Below are positions 50,257-59,658 of a stretch of 64,000 nt of DNA, piece after piece. A program made the translations under genes and the position numbers. The stretch lies in the NCBI GenBank assembly GCA_964477305.1, contig CAYZFF010000001.1:7442-71441 (forward strand), given 5' to 3'. The stretch's first letter is position 1. Each line of letters starts with the position of its first letter. The notes beneath the pieces were generated by a model, which did not search any database, was not told the DNA's origin, and saw nothing but the letters and a program-made list of their open reading frames with translations. Source of the DNA: an uncultured Cytophagia bacterium (GTDB lineage Bacteria; Zhuqueibacterota; Zhuqueibacteria; Zhuqueibacterales; Zhuqueibacteraceae).

Positions 50257-52419
50257 ATGAGCAAAGAAATCTGGTGTACCCTCGGCCCGGCGTCGCTTAA
50301 CGACCGGGTGATTGGCCGTCTTGAGGAATTGGGCGTGAGTTTATTCCGCTTGAATCTGTCGCACACCAAACTGGAAAAAGTCGCGGAGATCGTCGAGTTC
50401 ATTCAGACGCGCACCAAAGTGCCGGTGTGTTTGGATTCCGAAGGCGCGCAGGTTCGCACCAGCGATCTCCCCGGCGGCAAAGTTGTCGTGCGCGAGAATA
50501 ACACCATTCGCATTCATTTCAAACGCGTTCCCGGCGACGCGACGGACATGAATCTCAATCCCGACAACATTGCGAAACAATTGGAAGTCGGCGATTTGCT
50601 CAAGATCGATGCGGAAGTTTTAGCGCAAGTCGTTGCCCTTGAAAGCGAATGGGTTGTGCTTTGGGTTTTGAATGGCGGGGAAATCGGCCAGAACAAGGCC
50701 GTGACCATTCTTGAGCGCGATCTCATTATGCCCGCGATGACGGAGAAAGATCGCAAAGCCCTCGCCATCGGCAACAAAATGGGCGTGCGGCATGTCGCGC
50801 TCTCTTTTGCGAACCACGCAGCCGATGTGGAGGAAGTCCGCGCGCTGGTTGGACGCGACACGATGATTACTTCCAAAATTGAATGCTTGAACGGCTTGCA
50901 CCACCTGCCGGAGATCACTGCGAAATCCGATGCGCTGCTCATCGACCGCGGCGATTTGTCGAGACAGGTCAATATCGAAAAAATTCCGGCGCTGCAAAAG
51001 GATATTATTCGGCACGCCAAAGTTGCGGGCAAAAGAATTTACGTTGCAACCAATTTGCTCGAATCGATGGTCACCTCGCCCAACCCGACGCGCGCGGAAG
51101 TCAACGATGTGTTCAACACGCTGATGGATGGCGCTGACGGCCTCGTGTTAGCAGCGGAAACCGCGATTGGCGCGTTCCCCGTCGCGGCTGCCATGATGGT
51201 GCGAAAAGTGATGCGCGAATATGAGAATAAACAAAGCTGGAAACAATTTCATTATACCTCCGCGCCGATCTCGACGCTGGTTGAACCGCACGGCGGTTTT
51301 CTCATTACTCGTGAAAACCGTCCCGTCGCGAATGGGGCCATCCAAAACCTGCGCACGTTGCCGGTGAAAGATGCCGACTTGATGGACTGCGTACAGATTG
51401 CCAACGGCACTTATTCGCCGCTCACCGGCTTTATGGGTTCTCGAGAGCTTGCCAGTGTGCTCAATAACAATCGTTTGCTTAACGGCCAAATCTGGACGAT
51501 GCCGATTGTCCTGCAAGCCGATGCGGAAGCATTAGCCAATATTTCCGCGGGCGACGTCATTGCGTTGACGGATGCGAATGCCAAAATTTACGCGACGATG
51601 AATGTGTGCGAAATTTACGCTTTTGATTTTAATGAAGTCGCGCAAAAATGGTTCGGCACGACTTCGCACCAGCATTCCGGCGTCAAAAAATTGGCAGAAA
51701 ACGGCGGCCTTTTTGTCGCAGGTGAAGTGACCCTCGTGGACAAGTTAGCCTCGGCGTATGCGCAATATGAATTAAGCCCGCGCCAGACGCGCATGATTTT
51801 CGCCCAAAAAGGCTGGAGCCGCATCGTTGGTTTTCAGGCCGCCAGCGTGCCGAATCGTCTGCAAGAATACGCGCAGATCCGCGCGCTCGAAGCTGCGCAT
51901 GCCGACGGTATTTTTATCAGCCCGCTGATTGGCACACCACCTTCCGGTGGGTTTCTGCCGGAGCCGATTATTAAAAGCTACCAGCTTTTGCTTAATAATA
52001 GCGTTTACCCCGCCGGGAAAATTTTGCTCGGCGCTTCGTTCGCCTATCCGCGTTGCTGCGGTCCGCGCGAAACGGTTTTTACGGCGCTCTGTTTCAAAAA
52101 TATGGGGTGCAGCCATTTTATCGTCGAACATGACAACGGCCATTTCGACGGATTTTACGACGATGCGCAAACACGCGAGCTTTTTAAAAGCCTCGGCGAC
52201 CTTGGAATCACGCCGATTTTTTTCGACGCCATCGAATACAATCCCGAGACGCAAAATTATTTTGAATCCAAATCGGCGAAAACCATGGCGATGAGCGATA
52301 AGGCGATTCAAGCCGCGTTGCTTAACGAAGAAGCTTTGCCGGAATGGATCATGCGCAACGTTGTGCAGGAAATGTTGAAAAAAGAAATTTCAGAGAATCG
52401 TTCGATTTTTTATTTGTAG
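50257..52419 (+). CDS. fusion protein: pyruvate-kinase-like TIM-barrel domain (no C-terminal allosteric domain) + full-length ATP-sulfurylase-like domain with substituted catalytic motifs
   Basis: PK landmarks are retained: IWCTLGPAS, RLNLSH, CLDSEGAQVR, SKIECLNG, IDRGDL, VATNLLESM, NPTRAEVNDV, AAETAIGAFP. The Sat-like part is LVEPHGGFL, YSPLTGFM, then GFQAASVPNRLQEY (canonical FQTRNPxHRAH), SPLIGTPPSGG (canonical HPLxGxTKxxD) and GPRETVFTALCFKNMGCSHFIVEHDNGH (canonical GPREAxxHAxxRxNxGxTHFIVGRDHAG). Confidence 0.65.
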   Translation: MSKEIWCTLGPASLNDRVIGRLEELGVSLFRLNLSHTKLEKVAEIVEFIQTRTKVPVCLDSEGAQVRTSDLPGGKVVVRENNTIRIHFKRVPGDATDMNLNPDNIAKQLEVGDLLKIDAEVLAQVVALESEWVVLWVLNGGEIGQNKAVTILERDLIMPAMTEKDRKALAIGNKMGVRHVALSFANHAADVEEVRALVGRDTMITSKIECLNGLHHLPEITAKSDALLIDRGDLSRQVNIEKIPALQKDIIRHAKVAGKRIYVATNLLESMVTSPNPTRAEVNDVFNTLMDGADGLVLAAETAIGAFPVAAAMMVRKVMREYENKQSWKQFHYTSAPISTLVEPHGGFLITRENRPVANGAIQNLRTLPVKDADLMDCVQIANGTYSPLTGFMGSRELASVLNNNRLLNGQIWTMPIVLQADAEALANISAGDVIALTDANAKIYATMNVCEIYAFDFNEVAQKWFGTTSHQHSGVKKLAENGGLFVAGEVTLVDKLASAYAQYELSPRQTRMIFAQKGWSRIVGFQAASVPNRLQEYAQIRALEAAHADGIFISPLIGTPPSGGFLPEPIIKSYQLLLNNSVYPAGKILLGASFAYPRCCGPRETVFTALCFKNMGCSHFIVEHDNGHFDGFYDDAQTRELFKSLGDLGITPIFFDAIEYNPETQNYFESKSAKTMAMSDKAIQAALLNEEALPEWIMRNVVQEMLKKEISENRSIFYL

Positions 52420-52573
52420 GCGTTAAAAAATTTCCAACGAATAAAAAGCTGCTGCCGGATTTTAAAAAATCAAAGTATTAATCCATTGGCCGTTTTTCAT
52501 CCGTTGGTAGAAAAGGCTGTTTGAGTTTTTCTGAATCCGATGATTAAATTTATCTAATACGAAACTTCACCAC

Positions 52574-53482
52574 ATGATCACTTTTGATCGCCCCCTCATG
52601 ATCACCTGCACGGGCCGCAGCGGTTCAACGGTTTTTTACCGCATTCTTGCCCGGCATCGCGAGTTGGGTTTTTTATCGACCCTCAATCAACAATTTCCCA
52701 CGCAAACTTGGATGGGGATTTTTTCGCGATTGTACCCGATGCCGCTTTTTAGCAGCATTCGCGATCATCGCCTGTTTCCGAAACCGTTCAGCCCGTACAA
52801 TTTCTGGCAGCAGTATTTGCCGGACGTCACGCGCCATGATCGGCCGCTGTATCCTGAAGACGTGCAGGAAGCCATGATCGAGCCTTTGCGCCGGAAAGTT
52901 TCAACGCTTCTCAAGCTGCAGGGCAAAAAACGATTTTTGATGAAAGTCACCGGCTGGGCGCGGATGGCTTATTTCGAGCGCGTGTTCACCGGCATGCGTT
53001 TTATTTATCTCAAGCGCCTGCCGCGTGACGTCGTCTCGTCCTGGATTCAAGCCGGCTGGCTGAACGTCACTGCCGCTCCGGACAGCGACAAATGGGAGTG
53101 GGGAAAAATTCCCGACGAATATCTTACGATTTGGCGCGACCTCGGCAAGAAACCGATTCTCGCCGCCGCGATCAAAACGCAATTGGATATCGATGACATT
53201 CGTCGCAACATGGCGCTGTTCCCGAATCGCTGCACGGAGCATAATTACGAAGATTTCGTCAAAGATCCGGTTCCGATTTTACGCGAAGTGACAAAATTCT
53301 GTGAGCTCGAATGGTATCCGGAATTTGAAAATATTATTCGGCGCACGGAGATTTACAACTTTGCCGACAAGTGGAAAAAATTTATGACCGAAGAGGAAGG
53401 CGAGTTAATCGCAGAATTTTACGCCCGCGTTAATCGTGTCAACCACGCCAAACGTCCGCAGCCGGTTTATCAGCCTGCGTAA
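52574..53482 (+). CDS. sulfotransferase family protein
   Basis: 5'-PSB-like P-loop LMITCTGRSGSTVFYRILARH. 3'-PB-like YLKRLPRDVVSSW. Size and layout match cytosolic Sulfotransfer_3-type enzymes. Confidence 0.7.
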   Translation: MITFDRPLMITCTGRSGSTVFYRILARHRELGFLSTLNQQFPTQTWMGIFSRLYPMPLFSSIRDHRLFPKPFSPYNFWQQYLPDVTRHDRPLYPEDVQEAMIEPLRRKVSTLLKLQGKKRFLMKVTGWARMAYFERVFTGMRFIYLKRLPRDVVSSWIQAGWLNVTAAPDSDKWEWGKIPDEYLTIWRDLGKKPILAAAIKTQLDIDDIRRNMALFPNRCTEHNYEDFVKDPVPILREVTKFCELEWYPEFENIIRRTEIYNFADKWKKFMTEEEGELIAEFYARVNRVNHAKRPQPVYQPA

Positions 53483-53503
53483 AAAATATCATTAAAGCAG
53501 AAA

Positions 53504-53549
53504 GATTGAAAATTTTGAATGGTAAACCGGCAATTTAAAATTTTCAATC
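53504..53549. repeat. perfect 13-bp AT-rich inverted repeat between sulfotransferase and antiporter genes
   Basis: GATTGAAAATTTT (53504..53516) / AAAATTTTCAATC (53537..53549), with a 20-nt spacer, ending 12 nt before ATG 53562. Confidence 0.6.
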
Positions 53550-53561
53550 AAATCTTTTTAC

Positions 53562-54866
53562 ATGAACGCCAACTCGATCACCATTGCCGAGCACGAGCTG
53601 ACTCGGTTTTTTTTTGCGATTACCCTGTTGCTGGTTCTCGCCCATAGCTTAGGGTACGTCTTCAATAAATTGAAACTGCCCAAAGTCGTCGGCGAGATTT
53701 GCGGCGGCCTGTTGCTCGGCCCCACCGTGTTGGGGACGCTTTCCCCGGAAAGTTACAATTGGCTGTTCAATGCGTTCGCGTTTGAAGGGAAACTGCTGTC
53801 GATCGTTTATTGGCTCGGCCTCGTGCTGCTGATGTTCGTCTCCGGCTTCGAAATCAAAATGTCGTTGGACAAAGACGATAAAAAGATCATCATCGCTTTA
53901 CTCGTCGGCTCGACCGTGCCATTCATCGCCGGCTGGATTGCGCCATATTTTTTTGATTTTTCACGGCTGTTGGGCGAGAAACAAAATATGCTGGCGTTGA
54001 AAATCGTTATCGGCATTGCTGTCGCCGTTACTTCGATTCCGGTCATTTCGAAGATCTTTCTCGATTTAAACATCATGCAGACGCGTTTCGCGCGTATCAT
54101 CTTGACGACGGCGACGATTCATGACGTCTTTTTGTGGGTGGCGCTGGCGATCGCTACCGGCCTGGTGAGCGCGACGAGTTATTCGATGACGCACATCGTT
54201 TCCACTGTCTGCGTGTCGTTTGCCTTTCTTGGCGTGTCGCTTATGGTGATGCCGAAAATTTTGCCGATTTTGACGGGCAATCGTTATAATCTGGTGCGCA
54301 AATCTTCCAGCGCCGGTTATATTCTTTTTCTCTGTTTTCTGTTTTCAGCGGTCGCGAGCCTGTTAAACGTCAATATCATCTTCGGCGCATTTTTGGCAGG
54401 CGTCGCGATTGGGGTGTTGCCCGCAAGTTTCAATAAAGAGAAAGATCATGTCAAAGAAATCGCGCTGGCATTTTTTACACCGCTCTATTTCGCCATCGTC
54501 GGTTTGAAATTGGATTTGATTCATCAGTTCGATCTCAAGTTTTTTCTATTCTTTTTGTTGTTCTCGGCCGTGTTTGAAACGCTCGGCACGCTGGCTGCCG
54601 CAAAATCTTTGAAGAAAGATTGGCTGACGAGCTTCAACTTCGCGGTCGCGATGAACACGCGCGGCGGCCCCGGCATCGTGCTCGCCACCATCGCGTACGA
54701 TCTTGGCATTATCAGCGCAACGTTTTTTGTCACGCTGGTAATGATTGCGATCATCACTTCGCTGCTCGCCGGAATGTGGTTCAAGTTTGTTTTGGCGCGC
54801 GGTTACGAGTTGTTAAAAGAGGCGCCTGTGAAGTCCGGCGTACGGGAAAAGAGCTTTCAGATTTAA
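53562..54866 (+). CDS. monovalent cation:proton antiporter (CPA2 / Na+/H+ exchanger family)
   Basis: About 12 TM helices. N-terminal motif LKLPKVVGEICGGLLLGPTVLG is typical of Kef/NapA-type exchangers. Confidence 0.75.
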   Translation: MNANSITIAEHELTRFFFAITLLLVLAHSLGYVFNKLKLPKVVGEICGGLLLGPTVLGTLSPESYNWLFNAFAFEGKLLSIVYWLGLVLLMFVSGFEIKMSLDKDDKKIIIALLVGSTVPFIAGWIAPYFFDFSRLLGEKQNMLALKIVIGIAVAVTSIPVISKIFLDLNIMQTRFARIILTTATIHDVFLWVALAIATGLVSATSYSMTHIVSTVCVSFAFLGVSLMVMPKILPILTGNRYNLVRKSSSAGYILFLCFLFSAVASLLNVNIIFGAFLAGVAIGVLPASFNKEKDHVKEIALAFFTPLYFAIVGLKLDLIHQFDLKFFLFFLLFSAVFETLGTLAAAKSLKKDWLTSFNFAVAMNTRGGPGIVLATIAYDLGIISATFFVTLVMIAIITSLLAGMWFKFVLARGYELLKEAPVKSGVREKSFQI

Positions 54867-54880
54867 TTTGTCACTGCGTC

Positions 54881-56116
54881 ATGCAAACCAAACGAATTTT
54901 TCTCTACGGCTCCATTTTAGCGGGCAGTTTAGTTTTCGGCTATCTCGGCAGCAATTATTTTCTCGAGCAGGTGAATACCTCGCTGGTTTATTATGATCCG
55001 GGAAAAACTTTAGCTATTGGAACGCCCTCCGCCAAAGCCACATCGTTGCCGCTGTTGCCCGATCAGCAAATCCGCAATATCATTCTCTTCATCGGCGACG
55101 GCATGGGATTGAGTCATCTCACCGCGGCGCGCATCAATTCATTTGGGCCGGACGGCAGATTTCATCTCGAGCATATGCCAGTGACGGGCTTGGTGACGAC
55201 ACATGCCGTCGATAACCTCATCACTGATTCTGCCGCCGCAGGAACGGCGCTCGCCACCGGCGTGAAAACCACGAACGGCAGCATCGGCGTGGATTCAAGC
55301 GGCACGAGTCATCTGACGATTTTGGAAGCCGCGCGCGATGCGGGCCTGGCAACGGGCTTGGTGACGACGACGTATATCACCGACGCCACACCCGCGACTT
55401 TTGCCGCGCATGTGAGAAGCCGCGCGATGAAGGACGAAATCGCGCTGCAGTTGCTCAACGCGCGCGTGAATATTTTATTCGGCGAAGGCGATCATTTTTA
55501 TCCGAAAACCGATTCCCGCAGCGCCAGAAAAGATGGCGAGAATCCTCTCACGCTCGCCAAGGCATTGGGCTATACGCTTGTCGAAAAAAAAGAAGATCTG
55601 GTCAATGCGAATGCCAATTTTCTGCTCGGCCTGTTTCCAGATTTGACTACCGATAGAATGAAGCCGGAATTGCAATCGCCGCCGCAAACGCCGAGCTTGG
55701 CAGAAATGGCGGCGAAAGCGATTGAAGTTTTGCATCGCAATGAAAAGGGGTTTTTTCTGATGGTGGAAGAGGAAGGCGTGGATATGGGCAGCCATGTCAA
55801 TCGCGAGGATTATTTCATTCATCATTTGAATCGTTTGGATGAAGCGATCAAAGTCGGGCTCGATTTTGCGGCGCGCAATGGGCAAACCTTGGTGCTCGTC
55901 ACTGCCGATCACGAAACCGGCGGGGTGAATATCATCGGCGGTGTGAAAAGAAAAAATAAAGTAAAGTTGTCATGGGCCACCGATCGCCATACCGGCCAAC
56001 CCGTGCCGCTGTTTGCCTACGGTCCGCACGCGCTGCGCTTCACCGGCTTAAAAGATAATACGGAAATTCCCAAGATGATGGCGGAGTTGCTGCAATTGGA
56101 AAAATTTCCCCAATAG
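54881..56116 (+). CDS. alkaline phosphatase (PhoA family), N-terminally membrane-anchored or secreted
   Basis: Motifs: ILFIGDGMGLSHLTAARI, active-site Ser region LITDSAAAGTALATGVKT, EEEGVDMGSH, TADHETGG. Track ORF 54620 overlaps the antiporter; ATG 54881 gives a hydrophobic N-terminus MQTKRIFLYGSILAGSLVFGYLG. Confidence 0.85.
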   Translation: MQTKRIFLYGSILAGSLVFGYLGSNYFLEQVNTSLVYYDPGKTLAIGTPSAKATSLPLLPDQQIRNIILFIGDGMGLSHLTAARINSFGPDGRFHLEHMPVTGLVTTHAVDNLITDSAAAGTALATGVKTTNGSIGVDSSGTSHLTILEAARDAGLATGLVTTTYITDATPATFAAHVRSRAMKDEIALQLLNARVNILFGEGDHFYPKTDSRSARKDGENPLTLAKALGYTLVEKKEDLVNANANFLLGLFPDLTTDRMKPELQSPPQTPSLAEMAAKAIEVLHRNEKGFFLMVEEEGVDMGSHVNREDYFIHHLNRLDEAIKVGLDFAARNGQTLVLVTADHETGGVNIIGGVKRKNKVKLSWATDRHTGQPVPLFAYGPHALRFTGLKDNTEIPKMMAELLQLEKFPQ

Positions 56117-56212
56117 CATTTTCAGCGCAAAAAAAATTCCGCATGGAATTTGCATATCAGGTATAATCCTAACTTGAAATCTTGAAAATACAAGCGATTT
56201 GGAGAAGGCTCG

Positions 56213-58894
56213 ATGATCATCAAGAATGTCGAAAAAGAAAATGGGATTTTAATTTTGTCGCCGATACGGCGTGCCGTCGGTAATCCTCGGCCTCGTTTCG
56301 TTTTAATTGTCCTGCTCGGCATCTTTAGCCTCGCGGCTGTCAGTTTAGCGAGCGTTTATTACGGCATGGTTTTGTTCAAATCAAAGGCGGCAGCTTCTTT
56401 TTCCGAATTTTTTGAGAACGCCGTCCAAACGAAGCTGAACATCGTTCCCAATTACATCAAGGGCCAATTCATGGCCAAACCGGAACAAATCACCATCGAT
56501 ATCAAACACGAAAATTTTCAACGATTGGCCTACAGCCGTGAGCTGGCCTTGCAGCGCCGTATTTTGATGACGACAGACGATGATTTCGTGCCGGCCAAAG
56601 TGAGCTACCAGGGCAAAACCTACGACGTGAAAATGCGCTTGAAAGGCGATTGGGTGGATCATCTGCTTGGCGACAAATGGTCGTTTCGCATCGTTTTGAA
56701 AGGCGACGCGACGATTTTCGGCATGAAACAATTTTCCATTCACCAACCGAAAACGCGCAATTATATTTACGAATGGATTTATCATCAGGCGCTGCGCCGC
56801 GAGAACGTTTTGTCTTTGCGCTATGATTTTATCGACGTGACGCTCAACGGCAAGAATTTGGGCATATACGCGCTCGAAGAGAGTTTTGAAAAACGGGTCA
56901 TCGAGAACAACCGTTTTCGCGAAGGTCCGATTCTCAAATTCAACGAGGAATTATTGTGGGAAGATCGCGCCATGCACTATCGTTTCGGCGATCTCAGCCC
57001 AACGGGATTGCAAGCCGAACGGGTCGGCAACATTGATGCTTTTAAGCTGGGCCGCATTATGGGCGATCCCGGCTTGTACAAACAGTTTCTGCTGGCCAAC
57101 AATCTGTTGGATGCGTTTCGCTATAAAAAGCTGCCGACCCACAAAGTATTTGACATCAACAAGCTGGCCATGTTTTTTGCGACGGCCGATTTGTTAGGCT
57201 CGACACACAGCGCTGTTTGGCATAATTTGCGGTTTTATTATAATCCGATTACCTCGCAGTTGGAGCCGATTGGCTTTGACGCCAATGCGGGCCACCCGAC
57301 GGTGCAAGTGTTGGGCTCCAGCCGGGATTTGGACGGCGAAACCGATCCCTTCAAATTCAAAGATATTGCTTTTAGCGACGAGTTGTTCTTTGAGGCTTAT
57401 ATCAAAGCGCTGCAAAGAGTCGCAGCCCCGGCTTATTTGGACAGCTTGCTGCACGACATTGCTCCGGAGATGGAGAAAAAGCTGGCGATTATTTACAAAG
57501 ACGATGCGCATTTTTATTTTACCCCAAAAGTTTTTTACGATAACCAAGAGACCATTCGCCAGACGCTGCACCCGGCCAAAGGCCTGCATGCTTATTGCGA
57601 TGCGGCGACGAATGATCGCCTCGCGCTGGAGTTGGGCAATATTCAAATCATGCCAATTGAAGTGTTGAGCGCTTCTTTTAAAGACGCGATTTTGTTTACG
57701 CCGAAAGAGCGGATCATTTTGCATCCGTTGCGACCCGGCGTGCCGGTGGATTATCGGCGATTTGATTTTGCCTGCCCCGCTGGCTTCGTGTGGGCGGATA
57801 CCATGCGGGCGGATCTGAAAATTAATTATCGCGTGCTGGGCACCGAGGAAAAACGGCAGCATCCCATTTTGGAATGGCCGCGGCACACGGAAAATTTTCT
57901 GGATAATGATTTTATGCGGCAGGATGCGAACGCCCGGCAATTCGCGTTTCTCGCGTTTGACGATTCGAGCAAGCGTATTTTTATCAAACCCGGCAGTTGG
58001 AATATCGACCAGAATTTAATTATCCCGCGTGGTTATCGCGTGCTCGGTGGCGAAGGCACACGCCTCAACCTCTCGAATAAGGCGCTGATTCTTTCTTACT
58101 CCGCGCTGGAGCTGCGTGGCAGCGAAGATTTTCCGTTCGTCATCGAATCCAAAGATTCTACCGGCCAGGGTTTGGTGGTGTTGAATGCGCATGCGACGTC
58201 AGTCTTCGAACACGTGAAGATTGATAATTTGTCCAATCCCGCGCAAAAAGGCTGGACGTTGACCGGCGCGGTGACGTTTTACGAATCGCCCATCAATACC
58301 GTGCATACACAATTCCTTGGCAATCGTTGCGAGGACGGCGTCAATGTTTTTCGCTCCGATTTTCATTTTGATAAAACACTGTTCCAAAACACCAAATCCG
58401 ACGCCTTTGATTCCGATTTTTCCAATGGTAAATTCACCAATTCGTCTTTTATTAATTGCGGCAACGACGGCTTGGACGTCTCCGGCTCCGTGGTCGAGCT
58501 GAGTCATGTCTATATCAACGGCACGGGTGATAAAGGCGTCAGCGGTGGCGAGTTCAGTCACGTGCAAGCGGATAATATTGAAATTCATCACGCCGAAATC
58601 GCCGTGGCCAGCAAAGACAAAACGGAACTGAATATCAGCAATGTCAAGATTGACAGTTGCGGCGTCGGCTTCACAGCCTATCGCAAAAAGCCCGAGTTCG
58701 GCGCGGCCGCGATCTTCGCCAAAAATGTGCAAATGGGCCGCTGCAAAGCGCCTTTTCTGATCGAGAACAATTCCTCGATGAAACTTGATGGCAAAGTGAT
58801 CGCCACCGAACACGATCACGTCGAAAAGCTTTTTTATGGCAATGAATTTGGTAAAGACACCAAAACCGGCAGAACCGTCCAAAAACCGCAATGA
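56213..58894 (+). CDS. CotH kinase-family protein with N-terminal TM anchor and C-terminal right-handed beta-helix domain
   Basis: CotH-like core: KMRLKGDWVDHL..KWSFRIVLKG, FSIHQPKTRNYIYEWIYHQALRRENVLSLRYDFIDVTLNGKNLGIYALEESFEKRVIE, WHNLRFYYNPITSQLEPIGFDAN. The C-terminal beta-helix repeats are paralogous to ORF 8816. GGAG-like RBS. Confidence 0.7.
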   Translation: MIIKNVEKENGILILSPIRRAVGNPRPRFVLIVLLGIFSLAAVSLASVYYGMVLFKSKAAASFSEFFENAVQTKLNIVPNYIKGQFMAKPEQITIDIKHENFQRLAYSRELALQRRILMTTDDDFVPAKVSYQGKTYDVKMRLKGDWVDHLLGDKWSFRIVLKGDATIFGMKQFSIHQPKTRNYIYEWIYHQALRRENVLSLRYDFIDVTLNGKNLGIYALEESFEKRVIENNRFREGPILKFNEELLWEDRAMHYRFGDLSPTGLQAERVGNIDAFKLGRIMGDPGLYKQFLLANNLLDAFRYKKLPTHKVFDINKLAMFFATADLLGSTHSAVWHNLRFYYNPITSQLEPIGFDANAGHPTVQVLGSSRDLDGETDPFKFKDIAFSDELFFEAYIKALQRVAAPAYLDSLLHDIAPEMEKKLAIIYKDDAHFYFTPKVFYDNQETIRQTLHPAKGLHAYCDAATNDRLALELGNIQIMPIEVLSASFKDAILFTPKERIILHPLRPGVPVDYRRFDFACPAGFVWADTMRADLKINYRVLGTEEKRQHPILEWPRHTENFLDNDFMRQDANARQFAFLAFDDSSKRIFIKPGSWNIDQNLIIPRGYRVLGGEGTRLNLSNKALILSYSALELRGSEDFPFVIESKDSTGQGLVVLNAHATSVFEHVKIDNLSNPAQKGWTLTGAVTFYESPINTVHTQFLGNRCEDGVNVFRSDFHFDKTLFQNTKSDAFDSDFSNGKFTNSSFINCGNDGLDVSGSVVELSHVYINGTGDKGVSGGEFSHVQADNIEIHHAEIAVASKDKTELNISNVKIDSCGVGFTAYRKKPEFGAAAIFAKNVQMGRCKAPFLIENNSSMKLDGKVIATEHDHVEKLFYGNEFGKDTKTGRTVQKPQ

Positions 58895-58968
58895 TGGTTG
58901 CACGGATTCGCTGAACACTGAACGTTTTTGTTTTAATTTATCATATTTAATTTAAGGAAAACCGGTTT

Positions 58969-59658
58969 ATGGATAAGCTGCAGATGACATTCGAGCAGTT
59001 CTTGACCACCCAGAGTGTGCAGGTTTCGGTTTGGGACTTTGTCTTAAATTTAGTTTTATCCGCGATTCTCGCATATTTGTTGAGCTTGGTTTACGCCAAA
59101 TACGGACACTCGCTTTCTAACCGCAAAATGTTTGCGCGGAATTTTATGCTCATTACGATGGCGACAATGTTGATTATCTCCATTGTCAAAGCCTCGCTGG
59201 CGTTGTCACTTGGCCTCGTCGGCGCGCTCTCTATCGTGCGCTTTCGCGCGGCGATCAAAGAGCCGGAAGAGCTGGCGTATTTGTTTCTTGCCATCGGCAT
59301 CGGCCTCGGTTTCGGCGCGGATCAACGGCTCGTCACCACCGTGGCGTTTGCCATCATCTTCGGGATGATTTGGCTGCGCAGCCGCTCGCGCGCCGGACGG
59401 GAAAATCATTCATTGTATTTGACGCTTACCAGCCGTAATCCCAGCAAAGTCGAATTGGATCGTATCGTCGAAACATTGCAAAAACATTGCGCCACCGCGA
59501 GCATCAAACGTTTTGACGAAAACAAAGACGTGTTGGAAGCCTCGTTTTTGGTTGAAGTCGATAATTACGAAAAATTGAATCAGAGCAAAGCCGAGTTGCG
59601 AAAGCTGAACGACGCGATGACGATCAGCTTCATGCAGAATAACGGCATGTTGTCGTAA
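58969..59658 (+). CDS. DUF4956-domain membrane protein (copy 1)
   Basis: TM helices plus the signature LSLGLVGALSIVRFRAAIKEPEELAYLFLAIGIGLGFGA. Its stop overlaps the next start (TAATG). Confidence 0.7.
   Translation: MDKLQMTFEQFLTTQSVQVSVWDFVLNLVLSAILAYLLSLVYAKYGHSLSNRKMFARNFMLITMATMLIISIVKASLALSLGLVGALSIVRFRAAIKEPEELAYLFLAIGIGLGFGADQRLVTTVAFAIIFGMIWLRSRSRAGRENHSLYLTLTSRNPSKVELDRIVETLQKHCATASIKRFDENKDVLEASFLVEVDNYEKLNQSKAELRKLNDAMTISFMQNNGMLS

Noticed and set aside
50257-52419. Calling the fusion simply pyruvate kinase (pyk) or sulfate adenylyltransferase (sat).
   Set aside because: The PK half lacks the C-terminal domain of glycolytic pyruvate kinases. The Sat half has non-canonical residues in all three catalytic motifs, so neither housekeeping annotation is justified.
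56133-56150. The hairpin AAATTCCgcatGGAATTT after the alkaline phosphatase gene as a terminator.
   Set aside because: On the + strand it is preceded by the A-run and is not followed by a U-tract. It would look like a terminator only for a minus-strand transcript, and no minus-strand gene exists here. I left it unannotated.
56162-56167. A perfect TATAAT hexamer upstream of the CotH gene as a sigma-70 promoter.
   Set aside because: No acceptable -35 hexamer lies at 16 to 18 nt spacing and there is no TG extension. If the host is FCB-group, its housekeeping promoter consensus differs anyway. A single hexamer in AT-rich spacer is expected by chance.
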